A program made the position numbers and the translations under genes. From a bacterium (GTDB lineage: Bacteria > RBG-13-61-14 > DATKZS01): a stretch of 64,000 nucleotides of DNA. The notes beneath the pieces are model-generated. The model saw only the letters and a program-made list of their open reading frames with translations. It ran no database searches and was not told the origin of the DNA. This document shows, in pieces, positions 7,758 through 20,425 of this stretch (position 1 is its first letter; every line of letters begins with the position of its first letter). The DNA is taken from NCBI GenBank assembly GCA_963674965.2, contig CAXXFL010000001.1:1536001-1600000 (forward strand). The letters run 5' to 3'.

Positions 7758-10487
7758 ATGAACGAGAATGGAAACGCAAAATGGGGCCTGATTTTTGCGC
7801 TTGTATATCCCGCGTTATTTTATATTCCCTATATTTTCGACGGGACCACTTCCATATTGCCTTCCTATCAGGACGAGTCTCAGTGGCTACTGTACTACGA
7901 CTTTATCGCCAGAAGTTTTTCCGAGGGTTACTTTCCGCTCTGGACGCCCGACCTTTACTGCGGCATGCCGTTTTTGGCCTGGTCTCACTCCGCCGCGTTA
8001 TATCCTTCGAGCGTCATTTTTTCTTTTCTTGATTTCGTTACGGCGGCCTGGGCCAATCAATGGATTCACGCGGCGGTCTATTCATCAGGCGTTTATCTTT
8101 TATGCCGCCGGGCGGGCGCTCGAGTCCCCGCTTCGATAGCGGCGACCACCGCGGCGGTCCCTCTATTCCTTTTGACTAACTTGGGGCACTTCCTTCCCAA
8201 TATCAGGACCGGAGTCTGGATACCTCTTCTTTTTCTGTCGATCGTGGAACTGACGACCAGGCGAAGCGTCAAGTGGCTTTTCTTTTTTATACTCATCAAC
8301 TTCCTCATGTACCTTGGCGGCCAGGTCGAGTTGATAGGACTTGCCTATGAGGCCGCGGCCGTCGCTCTTATCGTGGCCGGAATTGTCTTTTGGAGATACC
8401 GCGGCAAAATATTGTCCGCCTACGCGCTTGTGGGAGTCGGCTTTGCTCTTGGTTTTCTTGCGTCTCAAGTCCAGTCCTTGCCCACTCTCGAACTGACCCA
8501 TTACAGCGTAAGAGGCCAGGGACTTACCTACGAATATTTCAAGATTTGGTCCAACCGCCACGTTAATCTTGTTTTTTGGCTTCCTTATCTCGTGTCTGGA
8601 CTCGGAGTGACCGCTATTGTCGCGGCCCTCTCCACTTTAAAAAAGTCGGCGGCCGTAATGATAGCCTCAATAACTCTCGTTTATTGCGCCGCCCTGGTCC
8701 ATGATCTGTTCGGTATTATGTGGGTACTTTACCAAGTCCCCGTTTTAAAGGGCTTATTGGCCCATTCCAGGATATTATTTATAGGAGAAATCATTCTCCA
8801 GGTAATCATCGCCCTGGGCGTTCAGAAAATACTTGATGATAGACGACTATCGTGGCGGATAGGTCTGGCTGGGGCCTTGACATTGGCGGCCATCGTCTGG
8901 TGGCTCGCCGTCATTCCTCGGCTTGGCGATATAATAAAGATAGGCGAACCCAACTCGCGCGGCCCCGCGGAAAAAATCCTTGTGACCATGGGGTATTGCC
9001 TACCCCTCGCGGCCCTGATCGGTTTTTCCGCGCCTTGGTGGGAAAGGATTTCAAGGCGACTGCCGGTTTTTCCCTCCGCCGCCGTCGTTTTAATTTTCGG
9101 TTTGACCTACGCCGTTCCCCTATGGGTCGGAATGCCTCACAATCCGTCCGACCCCTTCAAACACTCGAGCGATTACGTTCAATTCATGAAAAATCATCGA
9201 GGTCTTCATCGGGTCCAGACCATTTACTCATGGGAGAACTGGGAAGACGTCAGCGTGCCTTTACAATCGGGCATACTTTATGGGACGCGCTCGGCGGACG
9301 GGTTTATTACGGTCTCGCTCGACCGGTATACCCGCCTTATGGACTTGATCGCTCCAGGGACTTTAGAGGAAAAGAATGGCAAGATAAACGACCTCGAGGC
9401 CACCCGTTCCTTCAAGGAAGGCGATTTTATCAGCGCGTCCGCGGTCCCGCTGATCAACCTTTTGGGTATGCGTTATCTGGTGGCGGAGAAAAGAAACTTG
9501 AAGTTCGCGGATCATTTTTTTCTATATTACCCCGACTCCCCACTATTAATGGATACAAGTGGAGGCAAACCTTCTGAAGACGAAACGAGGGTTGGAATAG
9601 AAGGCTTCGCTTCATTCCCGCTGTCCATAAACCGGGGAGACCTTCTTGAAGGTGGACTGTTCGTAAAGGAACAACCGGCCTTTATTATTATATCGTCCCA
9701 TCCCGAGAACGAGACAAAAACGCGTCGGTTGCTCTATGCAAGGTATTTAAGAAAGGAATCGGACGCTGATCTCTTGGCCAATCTGTCCAAGGTGGAGGGA
9801 CACGCGACGATAAGTATCGCGGCGATCGGCGGCAATGGACCATCAAACATTATCTTTATTCGGCCAACGATAATAAATAATGATAAATTTCTGAGGCGCC
9901 TGCCCGTCGGGCAAGATTTCAGCGTCTTTGAGAACTCTCAAGCCTTATCGCCGGCTTTCATTCCCACCAACGCCTCGGCCATGACCAAATCCGAGGCCCT
10001 CGAATATATGGGGTCCCCTGATTTTTCACCTGAGCGTGAGGCCGTTTACGAGGGAAAGGCCGTTCATGGCCTTCGATTTGCCCCGCTGAAAAAGGGAGAG
10101 GGCGCCAAGACTAATTACTCCTCCTCGGAGAGGATCGAGATCGTCGTCATCGCGTCCGTCACCAGGCTTGTGGTGCTTACGGAATGTTATTTCCCAGGCT
10201 GGCGCGCGTGGGTTGACGGCCGGGAGGAGATTATTCGGCCCGCGGACTACGCTTTTCGAGGCGTCGAGGTACGTCCGGGGCTACATAAAATCCAAATGGC
10301 TTACGAGCCGGCTTCATTCCGGATAGGCCTCTGGATTTCTATTGGAAGCCTGTTTTTTTTAGTCACCGCGATCTTGCTCTATGGTTTAAGGCGGCGGTAT
10401 ATACTATTATCTGAGCGGGCCGAACCCCACCCGGCAAAGGGAAACGCCGTCTCTTTGGAGAATGATCGCAAAGTCCCCGTAAGTTAA
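7758..10487 (+). CDS. YfhO-family multi-pass membrane protein (GT-C-type glycosyltransferase)
   Basis: FPLWTPDLYCGMPFLA N-terminal motif and C-terminal YFPGWRAWVDG...ADYAFRGV...G.HKI...YEP; start uncertain (7734 TTG or 7758 ATG). Confidence 0.8.
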   Translation: MNENGNAKWGLIFALVYPALFYIPYIFDGTTSILPSYQDESQWLLYYDFIARSFSEGYFPLWTPDLYCGMPFLAWSHSAALYPSSVIFSFLDFVTAAWANQWIHAAVYSSGVYLLCRRAGARVPASIAATTAAVPLFLLTNLGHFLPNIRTGVWIPLLFLSIVELTTRRSVKWLFFFILINFLMYLGGQVELIGLAYEAAAVALIVAGIVFWRYRGKILSAYALVGVGFALGFLASQVQSLPTLELTHYSVRGQGLTYEYFKIWSNRHVNLVFWLPYLVSGLGVTAIVAALSTLKKSAAVMIASITLVYCAALVHDLFGIMWVLYQVPVLKGLLAHSRILFIGEIILQVIIALGVQKILDDRRLSWRIGLAGALTLAAIVWWLAVIPRLGDIIKIGEPNSRGPAEKILVTMGYCLPLAALIGFSAPWWERISRRLPVFPSAAVVLIFGLTYAVPLWVGMPHNPSDPFKHSSDYVQFMKNHRGLHRVQTIYSWENWEDVSVPLQSGILYGTRSADGFITVSLDRYTRLMDLIAPGTLEEKNGKINDLEATRSFKEGDFISASAVPLINLLGMRYLVAEKRNLKFADHFFLYYPDSPLLMDTSGGKPSEDETRVGIEGFASFPLSINRGDLLEGGLFVKEQPAFIIISSHPENETKTRRLLYARYLRKESDADLLANLSKVEGHATISIAAIGGNGPSNIIFIRPTIINNDKFLRRLPVGQDFSVFENSQALSPAFIPTNASAMTKSEALEYMGSPDFSPEREAVYEGKAVHGLRFAPLKKGEGAKTNYSSSERIEIVVIASVTRLVVLTECYFPGWRAWVDGREEIIRPADYAFRGVEVRPGLHKIQMAYEPASFRIGLWISIGSLFFLVTAILLYGLRRRYILLSERAEPHPAKGNAVSLENDRKVPVS

Positions 10488-10510
10488 CTAAATTTGCCCT
10501 ATGGCCGCGT

Positions 10511-11563
10511 TCATTTCAGATACAGGATGTCTCCTATCAGCGTGGCGTTGTCCGAGACCTCGGTATCCGAGCCGGCGACCATGCCCGACAAGATTGAAGC
10601 TCCCCGCTCGCCCCTTACCATCGAAGGCTTTCCTTCCAGGACCTCGACGGCCGAGAGCCGGAGGTTCATCATCCGGCCGGCCGTGAACTCCGCCGAAAGC
10701 GCCAGTCCGTCGGCCGCCTTGTTGGGCTGGTCCTTAATGGGCTCTCCCGTGAACGCGCCCATGCCGAGCACCACCCAGGTGCCCCTGATCCTCATCAGCC
10801 CGCCGGCCGAGCGCGGCCCGTGGCCAAGGACGAGGTCCGCCCCGAAATTCACCGCCTCCCTTACCAGGGCCAACTCGTCCTCGCTCATCTCCGGGTAGTC
10901 CCTTTCCGGCCAATGAAAAACCACTATACGGTAGGTGGCCTTCTTCTTCATCTCCTGCAGGCCGTTGATCATGGACTGCCTTTCGTAAAAGGAGGGAGCG
11001 GCCTTGCCCGCCTGGACGACCTCCTCCGGCGGACGGTCCAGGGTCACGCTCATTATCGAAACCTTGACCGGCCCGCGGTAAAGATATATAGGAGAACGCG
11101 CCTGCTCGGCGTCCAACCCCGCGCCCACGACGTTGAACCCCTCGCTCATGAAGTAGTTGAGGGAAGAGGCCAACGACTCCTGACCGCAATCCAGGGCGTG
11201 GTCGTCGGCCAGGTTCAGCACGCGGACGTTGGAGGAGGAAAGGGAGGACAGCCAATCGGGGTCCCAGGTAATGGGGTCGGGCCGATAAGCCGGGACGCAA
11301 TCGATGGCAAGTGCGCCGGCAAAATCGGCCAGGGTCGCGTCCCTCTCCAATAAAAAGGGACGCATATTGGCCAGAGGGTCCTGGGAATCGCCGAACAACA
11401 AGGTCGAGCCAACCATGGGCCGGACCTCTCCCACGGCGGAGAATTTATAAAGAGAATTGTCCACCGGGTCCCTGGCGCCGGCGCACTCGAAGATAAAAAC
11501 GCAGCAGGCGGAAAGGGCCAGGCCCGATAAAATCAATCCGACGGGATAGGAGAGTCTTTTCAT
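10511..11563 (-). CDS. CapA/PGA_cap-family protein with degenerate metallophosphoesterase motifs
   Basis: NLADDHALDCG, VVGAG, FHWPE and GADLVLGHGP align with CapA motifs; N-terminal signal or anchor. Confidence 0.75.
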   Translation of the reverse strand: MKRLSYPVGLILSGLALSACCVFIFECAGARDPVDNSLYKFSAVGEVRPMVGSTLLFGDSQDPLANMRPFLLERDATLADFAGALAIDCVPAYRPDPITWDPDWLSSLSSSNVRVLNLADDHALDCGQESLASSLNYFMSEGFNVVGAGLDAEQARSPIYLYRGPVKVSIMSVTLDRPPEEVVQAGKAAPSFYERQSMINGLQEMKKKATYRIVVFHWPERDYPEMSEDELALVREAVNFGADLVLGHGPRSAGGLMRIRGTWVVLGMGAFTGEPIKDQPNKAADGLALSAEFTAGRMMNLRLSAVEVLEGKPSMVRGERGASILSGMVAGSDTEVSDNATLIGDILYLK

Positions 11564-11713
11564 TCTTTGTCTGTCGGCCTCCTTCGGTGCATAATATGGC
11601 CGGGAGGATAAAGTTTCAAATCCTCCGGCCTTTAATAATGATACACCCGGCCAATAAGGCCGCCGTCTCGGACCTTATGGCTTGGCCTTTAAGCTTGGCG
11701 CTGAAGATTTTTC

Positions 11714-12748
11714 ATGAGTATTAAAACGGACATATTGAACTTTATTGGAGGCGTTCCCGACCGGGTCCTGATTTCTCTTCCCGACCCGAGCGTGGAAAAA
11801 TGTGGTGATGGTCGCGAGACATATTTGGAAAAACTGGACCATTACTCTCGCGAGAAATGGGACCGGCAAGACAAACCCTTTTTCCAGATTCCCCATTCCC
11901 CGCCGACCTGGCAAGAAGGACCGCCGGTTCCATACCGATCGGGCGAGCGGGTCCTTATTACCTATCCGACCAGGTACGAGCCGACCCTGCCCTTTATCGG
12001 GGATGAGTTCCGCTCGTATAAGGAAAACCTGAGCGGTTATATTAACCTCTGGAGGCACGGACCCAAGCCCGGACCTTTCCTGGTCCTTTGCATCCACGGC
12101 TTCATGATGGGCTCGCCAGGAAGATCGGAGCAAATATTCAGGGTGTCAAAGATGTTCGACGCCGGCCTCGACGTGGCCCTTTACGCATTGCCCCATCACT
12201 GGAAACGCGCCAGGCGAGGCGTTCAGCGGCTGCTCAATCCCGGGAATATTCCTCTCACCATCGAGAGCTTCGGCCAGAATTTGAGCGACCTTCATTCCTC
12301 CGTGCTTCTCCTCCACGAGATGGGGTACGAGCGGATTGGAATCATCGGCGCCAGCATGGGCGGTCTGACCGCGACCCTGTACGCGACCCTCGAGGCGGAC
12401 GTGGACTTCCTGTTCATGGCCGTTCCGGCCGTCAACATGGACCACTACCTATCGCCCCGTCAAAAAAACTTCTCCTTCCAGGTGGACGGCGAATTGAGAA
12501 GAAAGACCGCCGAGGCCCTCGAGCTTATATCGCCTCTCCACCTCGAGCCCCGGTTCGACGTCTCCAAAATTTGCGTGGTCATGCACGCCGGCGACCGAAT
12601 ATGCGAGGCCGGTCTCACCAGGCAATGGATATCCAAGTGGGGCATTAAAAGACGCGTCGAGGTCACGGGCGGCCACTGGCTATATCTTGACCGCAAGGTT
12701 CGAGGCAAAACCTGGTACGGATGGCTCGCGGAGCAAGGCTATCTTTAA
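11714..12748 (+). CDS. Alpha/beta hydrolase
   Basis: IHGF oxyanion motif, GASMG nucleophile elbow, candidate Asp (AGDRI) and His (GGHW). Confidence 0.85.
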   Translation: MSIKTDILNFIGGVPDRVLISLPDPSVEKCGDGRETYLEKLDHYSREKWDRQDKPFFQIPHSPPTWQEGPPVPYRSGERVLITYPTRYEPTLPFIGDEFRSYKENLSGYINLWRHGPKPGPFLVLCIHGFMMGSPGRSEQIFRVSKMFDAGLDVALYALPHHWKRARRGVQRLLNPGNIPLTIESFGQNLSDLHSSVLLLHEMGYERIGIIGASMGGLTATLYATLEADVDFLFMAVPAVNMDHYLSPRQKNFSFQVDGELRRKTAEALELISPLHLEPRFDVSKICVVMHAGDRICEAGLTRQWISKWGIKRRVEVTGGHWLYLDRKVRGKTWYGWLAEQGYL

Positions 12749-12780
12749 AGCTCTCGGCGGCGGCGAGCGAAGGAGCGGAC

Positions 12781-14902
<2,122 letters not shown>

Positions 14903-14934
14903 AAATGGAAAAGGGGGGGCTTGCCCGAGGCGGG

Positions 14935-16509
14935 ATGGATAAAAGGACCGTCATACTCGGCGCCACGCTCTCGCTCGCTTTCATCGCGATACTCGCCCCT
15001 TTCCTCGGCTTCGCGATCGACGACGCCTTTATCATATATCGGTACTCGGAGCACCTGGCCAATGGTCATGGTATCGTTTGGAACGTGGGCTACGGCCCGG
15101 AGGAAGGCTACACGTCATTTTTATGGGTGCTCCTGAACGCGGGCGCCGTCAAGTTTGGGGCCTCTCCCGTTATCTTCTCGAAGGTATTTTCCCTGGCCTG
15201 CTCGCTGGCCATCCTTTGGATTCTCGCGTATCGTGCCCGGACTCTAAGTCTTGGCGCCGGAATCATCCTGTCCGGGGCCATCGCCTTCAGCCCGGCCTTT
15301 GCCCTTCTCACGGCCCAGGGTCTGGAGACTTCCTTGGCCGCCCTTCTACTGACCCTTCTTGGCGGCGCCGCCATCTCGTCGGCCGGGAAGCCAAACTCGC
15401 GCGGGCCGGCTTTTTTCTTCGCGCTGTTCTTTCTCGCCTTCCTGGCCAGGCCGGACGCGGCGGTTTTCGCGAGCGGCGCCGCCGTAACCATGGGAGCGAT
15501 CTTTCTCGCGAAAAAGGATTACTCCTCGCTTGGTAAGATGACCCTCGCGGGAGGCGGGGCGCTGTTGCTTTTTCTCGGATACATGGGCTGGCGCTATTTT
15601 TATTTCGGACATTTACTTCCCAATCCTTACCTGGTGAAGATCGAGGCTGGACAGGGGCTAATAAAGCCCAGGGCCTTGGCGTCGGTGATCAGCTTCGTTT
15701 TCGCCGTGCTTCTTCCCTACCTTATATATTTCGTTTATAGCGCGGCGAGGAATTGGGACCGCGCCCGTTTTATCAGCGTCTTGCCCGTATTGGTCGGCTT
15801 TGTATTGCATCTTTTATATCTTTTGACGGTCCTTCCCATTCAGGCCTATCTTTGGCGCTACGTCTTTCCGGCGTATCCCGCTTTCCTGCTTGCGACCGGT
15901 TATTATTTATCCGGCGCGAGGCCCGGCAAGATTAGCGAACGGCGATGGCTTAGCCGCGCTCTTTGCGCGATGGTTCTCATTTATTGTCTGGCCACCTTCC
16001 CCCTCGCTTTTGAGTACAAGGAAAATAAAAACTCTCATGACAGGATCGAGGCGGGCAAGGCCCTTAGCGGACTCGCCGGAGTCATGTTCGTTTCCGAGTC
16101 CGGCGCCGTGCCCTATTACTCGGGCTGGAGGGCCATCGACCTTATCGGCCTCAACTACCGGCCCATCGCGGAAAAGGGCCTGGACCCGGTCATTCTCGAG
16201 GCGATCGACCCCGATCTCGTGCTCATCCATGAGCCCTCCGGCAAATATTCCCCCCATTTGAAAAACAAAATAGTGGTAAACGAGTACATGATTTCAAACG
16301 GCTTCGCGGCGGTGGCCGCCGTCAAAAAGACCGAGGGCGAGTACCATTTCTATTTCGCCAGGCAAGACTCGCCCCTTTTTAAAAAGATCGCCGTGAGGCT
16401 CAACTCGATCGAGTCGGTCGAGTACGGGGACCTTGGCAAACTTGTGTGGGAAAAAAGAATGCCTATTATAGACGGAAGGTACAGGGCCGCTCCCGGCGGC
16501 GGGCACTAA
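14935..16509 (+). CDS. GT-C-type multi-pass membrane glycosyltransferase (putative)
   Basis: IDDAFIIYRYSEHLANGHG..WN...EGYTS motif, GLET, ARPD, LPN.Y.K and D.IGL; start 14905 or 14935. Confidence 0.7.
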   Translation: MDKRTVILGATLSLAFIAILAPFLGFAIDDAFIIYRYSEHLANGHGIVWNVGYGPEEGYTSFLWVLLNAGAVKFGASPVIFSKVFSLACSLAILWILAYRARTLSLGAGIILSGAIAFSPAFALLTAQGLETSLAALLLTLLGGAAISSAGKPNSRGPAFFFALFFLAFLARPDAAVFASGAAVTMGAIFLAKKDYSSLGKMTLAGGGALLLFLGYMGWRYFYFGHLLPNPYLVKIEAGQGLIKPRALASVISFVFAVLLPYLIYFVYSAARNWDRARFISVLPVLVGFVLHLLYLLTVLPIQAYLWRYVFPAYPAFLLATGYYLSGARPGKISERRWLSRALCAMVLIYCLATFPLAFEYKENKNSHDRIEAGKALSGLAGVMFVSESGAVPYYSGWRAIDLIGLNYRPIAEKGLDPVILEAIDPDLVLIHEPSGKYSPHLKNKIVVNEYMISNGFAAVAAVKKTEGEYHFYFARQDSPLFKKIAVRLNSIESVEYGDLGKLVWEKRMPIIDGRYRAAPGGGH

Positions 16510-16565
16510 TTATGGAAGGCAATCGTTATGCTCTTCCGCTTGCTTATTCTAAAGTGAGGCGCCAG

Positions 16566-18152
16566 ATGAACGTCAGAACGCTAGGATTATTGATGGCCTT
16601 GATCGTCTTTTTTTTCTGCTCGGCCGCCGAGGCCATGTCCCGGCAAATCATAGCCAAGACCGAGGCCGGGCTGGCCAAGGGTTACGTCACCGAGGACGGG
16701 GCCGTCTTCTACTGGCTCGGAATCCCCTACGCGGCTCCGCCCACGGGAGACCTGAGATGGAAAAGACCCGCCCCCCATCCTGGGTGGGAAGGCGCGCGCC
16801 CCGCCGACGAATACGGCGAGAAATGCGTTCAGCTAAGCGCCCTCGGGGGCAAGGGCCTGAAAATGCATGGGAGCGAGGACTGCCTTTTCCTCAACGTCTG
16901 GCGTCCCGCCAAGAGCGGCAAGTTTCCCGTCATGGTCTGGATACACGGCGGCAGCCTGATGATGGGCGGCTCCGACTCTCCACTTTACGTTGGCGAGCGT
17001 TTCGCTCGCGAGCATGACGTGGTGGTGGTGTCCTTCAACTACCGCCTGGGCGTCCTGGGTTTTCTCGCTCACCCCGACCTACAAAAGGAGGACCCCGACG
17101 CCTCGGTGGGCGGCTATGGGATGATGGACCAGATAGCCGCGCTCGAATGGGTCCAAAACAACATCGAGAGCTTTGGCGGAGACCCCTCCAACGTGACCAT
17201 CTTCGGCGAGAGCGCCGGAGGCTGGAGCGTGTGCGCGCTTATGGCCTCGCCCGCGGCCAAGGGCCTTTTCCACCGGGCCATCCAGGAAAGCGGCGGATGC
17301 AGGCGGTCCGTGACTCTCGATCAGGGGTTCGACTTCGGCAATTCCTTCGCCAAGGAACTCGGCTGCGACGCGGGAAACGTCGCCGAATGCATGAGGGAGG
17401 TCCCCGCCTCGAGGGTCATGAAACTGGCGCCCTGGGACCCCACGGGCCGGACCGTTCCCTTCAAGCCCAACGAGGACGGATACCTGCTGAAGAAAAAACC
17501 CATTGACCACGTAAGGAGCGGCGACTACAACCACGTTCCTTACATGGCCGGGTCCAACCGCGACGAGTATAAAATACTCGCCCTCGTGCAATGGGACGTA
17601 AGAACAATGGACCGCGAGGCGTACGAGAAAAAAATCCGGGAGGAACACGGGCAGTGGGCCGACCGTTTCCTGGCCCTGTACGATCCCTCCGATTTCGACT
17701 CGCCCTCCGAGGCCTACCTGGCCAAGGAAGCCGACGGCCGACCCGGCTGCGGAGGCCTGGACGCGGTCATGGCCATGAGCGCCCACCAGCAGGAAGTCTA
17801 CTATTACCGGTTCGACTTCGACGATATCCCCTTCTCGAAAAAACTGGGGGCTTTTCACGGGCTCGAGATACCGCTGGTGTTCGGTACCTACCAGGACCCT
17901 CCGGTGAAATCCATTCTGGGCAAAAAGAACGTCGCGGCCGCGGCGCCGCTATCCGGGAAGATGCAGGCATATTGGGCCAACTTCGCCAAGACCGGCAATC
18001 CCAATGGGGAGGACCTTCCTGAATGGCCGGCCTTCGAGGGTGAGCAAAGGCAAAGGATCGTGTTCGACTCGAGCCGGACGGAGGTCATAACTCAGCCCGA
18101 AATCCAGCTCGAGCGCTGCCGGCTCTGGGAGGAATTTTCGGCCGGCGATTGA
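16566..18152 (+). CDS. Type-B carboxylesterase with signal peptide
   Basis: LGIPYAAPP, SEDCLFLNVW, WIHGG, FGESAG and AFHGLE motifs. Confidence 0.93.
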   Translation: MNVRTLGLLMALIVFFFCSAAEAMSRQIIAKTEAGLAKGYVTEDGAVFYWLGIPYAAPPTGDLRWKRPAPHPGWEGARPADEYGEKCVQLSALGGKGLKMHGSEDCLFLNVWRPAKSGKFPVMVWIHGGSLMMGGSDSPLYVGERFAREHDVVVVSFNYRLGVLGFLAHPDLQKEDPDASVGGYGMMDQIAALEWVQNNIESFGGDPSNVTIFGESAGGWSVCALMASPAAKGLFHRAIQESGGCRRSVTLDQGFDFGNSFAKELGCDAGNVAECMREVPASRVMKLAPWDPTGRTVPFKPNEDGYLLKKKPIDHVRSGDYNHVPYMAGSNRDEYKILALVQWDVRTMDREAYEKKIREEHGQWADRFLALYDPSDFDSPSEAYLAKEADGRPGCGGLDAVMAMSAHQQEVYYYRFDFDDIPFSKKLGAFHGLEIPLVFGTYQDPPVKSILGKKNVAAAAPLSGKMQAYWANFAKTGNPNGEDLPEWPAFEGEQRQRIVFDSSRTEVITQPEIQLERCRLWEEFSAGD

Positions 18153-18170
18153 GGAAAACCGAGGAGATGA

Positions 18171-19544
18171 TCAGTTCTTGAGGCTTTGCAGGGGCGCGGG
18201 TATCCTTCCCCCGTGACGCACGAACTCGCTCGCGCTTCCCACGTTTCTGACCGGCATGATCACGCTCTCGCCAAAGAGGCCCCCGAACACGGCCTTGTCT
18301 CCCGCCTTCTTGCCCGGCACGGGTATGAGCCTGAGGGCGGTGGTCTTCGAGTTGACCACTCCAATGGCGGCCTCATCGGCGATGATGGCGGACAGCGTGT
18401 CGGCGTCCACGTCGCCGGGAATGGCGATCATGTCCAGTCCCACCGAGCACACGCTGGTCATGGCCTCGAGCTTCTCGAGGGTCAGGGTCCCGTTCGCCAC
18501 CGCCGCCGCGAGGGTGCTGTCCTCACAAACCGGGATGAAGGCGCCCGACAAGCCGCCCACCGAGCTCGAGGCGAACAGGCCGCCCTTTTTTACCGCGTCG
18601 TTTAAAAGGGCCAGGGCCGCCGTGCTGCCGGGCCCGCCGATCTTGGATATGCCCATGGCCTGGAAAATCTCTCCCACCGAGTCTCCCACCTTGGGGGTGG
18701 GCGCGAGCGACAGATCGACTATCCCGAAGCTCACGCCCAACTCGGCCGCGACTTCCCTGCCGATAAGCTCGCCCACGCGGGTCACGCGAAAGGACGTGAT
18801 CTTCACCCGCTCGGCCACGTCGCCAAGGGTGGCCTGGGGGCTGGACTCCCGCAAGCGGTCCAGGGCCCTTTTGACCACGCCCGGACCGCTGACGCCGATG
18901 TTGACGACGCACTCGGGCTCGCCAGCTCCCAGGTAGGCCCCGGCCATAAAGGGGTTGTCCTCCGGGACGTTGGCGAACACGACCAGTTTGGCGCAGCCGA
19001 AGCCGTCGCGGTCCCGGGTCTTGTCCGCGATCTTCAAAATGGTCTCGCCCAGAAGGAGGATGGCGTCCATGTTGATTCCCGCGGCCGTCGAGGCCACGTT
19101 GACCGACGCGCAGACGCGCTTGGTGCGGGACAAGGCCTCGGGCAGGGACTCGATCAGGTTTCGCTCCCCCGGGGTCATGCCCTTTTGGACCAGGGCGGAG
19201 TAGCCGCCCACCAGGTCGACGCAAACCTCGCCGGCCGCGTCGTCGATGGCCTTGGCCATTTTGAGCGTTCCCGCCGGGCCGTGGGCCTCCGCCAGGGCGC
19301 TGACGGGGGAAAGGGCCAGCCTCTTGTTAACCACGGGTATGCCGTACTTGGCTCCGATTTCCTCGCAAACCGAGGCCAGACGCCCGGCCTTGGAGACGAT
19401 CTTGCGGTGGATTTTTTCGCATACCTGGTCGATCTCGGGACCGGCGCACTCGAGCAGGTTAAGGCCAAGGGTCACGGTCCTTACGTCCAGGTTCTCCTTT
19501 TGGAGCATCCGTATGGTGGTTATTATGTCCTCGGTCCTGAGCAT
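18171..19544 (-). CDS. DUF711/UPF0210 (PFL-like) protein
   Basis: ENLDVRTVTLG, DNPFMAGA and KLEAMTSVCSVGLDM; start at MLRTED, just after the ACT gene. Confidence 0.92.
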   Translation of the reverse strand: MLRTEDIITTIRMLQKENLDVRTVTLGLNLLECAGPEIDQVCEKIHRKIVSKAGRLASVCEEIGAKYGIPVVNKRLALSPVSALAEAHGPAGTLKMAKAIDDAAGEVCVDLVGGYSALVQKGMTPGERNLIESLPEALSRTKRVCASVNVASTAAGINMDAILLLGETILKIADKTRDRDGFGCAKLVVFANVPEDNPFMAGAYLGAGEPECVVNIGVSGPGVVKRALDRLRESSPQATLGDVAERVKITSFRVTRVGELIGREVAAELGVSFGIVDLSLAPTPKVGDSVGEIFQAMGISKIGGPGSTAALALLNDAVKKGGLFASSSVGGLSGAFIPVCEDSTLAAAVANGTLTLEKLEAMTSVCSVGLDMIAIPGDVDADTLSAIIADEAAIGVVNSKTTALRLIPVPGKKAGDKAVFGGLFGESVIMPVRNVGSASEFVRHGGRIPAPLQSLKN

Positions 19545-19546
19545 GG

Positions 19547-20119
19547 CTAATTCTCGCCTCCCCGGAAGTCGACCTTTTGAGTGGCCAGGAAGATGTTCTC
19601 GTGCTGGAGATGAACCACCATCCCCTTGCCCTTGTATAGCCCCTCGATGTCTATCTGAAGCTGCCTTACGTCCTTGGCACGAGGGACCCGAAGCTGGCTG
19701 ATGAATATGAACTTGCCGTCGTCGACATAGGCGTAAAGGTCCTCGATGTTGATATTGCGGCTGGCCAGAAAACCGCATATCTTGGCGATGATGCCGGGGG
19801 AGTCCTCCCCCATGATGGAGAGCACGAACTGGTCGCAGACCTCGCAATATGGCTCGGCCGCCGAGGATTCCCAAGGCTTGATGGAAACGCTCAATTCTCC
19901 CGGGTCGCCCGACGCCTCGATCCGGGCCCGGGCCTTCTCCATGTCGGTCCCCTCTGGAAAGGAAGCCGTGATTATGATAGTGAAATAGCCGCGCATGACC
20001 GTTTGGCTCATGGCGTCGATATTGCCGCCCAGGTCCCTTATGGCCGCCGATACGCCCGCCACGATGCCGACCCGGTCGCGGCTCATGATGGACACCACGT
20101 ATTCAAGTCTTTGGGTCAT
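19547..20119 (-). CDS. Tandem ACT-domain protein (GcvR-like)
   Basis: SRDRVGIV and GEDSPGII ACT motifs; usual partner of DUF711. Confidence 0.85.
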   Translation of the reverse strand: MTQRLEYVVSIMSRDRVGIVAGVSAAIRDLGGNIDAMSQTVMRGYFTIIITASFPEGTDMEKARARIEASGDPGELSVSIKPWESSAAEPYCEVCDQFVLSIMGEDSPGIIAKICGFLASRNINIEDLYAYVDDGKFIFISQLRVPRAKDVRQLQIDIEGLYKGKGMVVHLQHENIFLATQKVDFRGGEN

Positions 20120-20425
20120 GAATTCGCCTTTCGGACCGGAAGAATCCGGCCATGGCCGAATATGATATCACGGTTGGCCGGATTAATCAGGATTATTAGT
20201 TGAATCGCAAAGTCATTCCGGGCGAAATTTATTTACTCACGTCGAACTCTCGATCAAGTTTTTGGTGTCATGAGAAATAAAAAAATGCTCTTAAAGAAAA
20301 AATAAGGAATGACATAAAAACTTCGTAACCGATAGACTTGCTTTTGACTCTTTATAACTGAGCGCCATTACTCAAGGCCCTTTGAAAACAACCGTATAAT
20401 TTTCTTATGCTCCTTTATAAGATTA

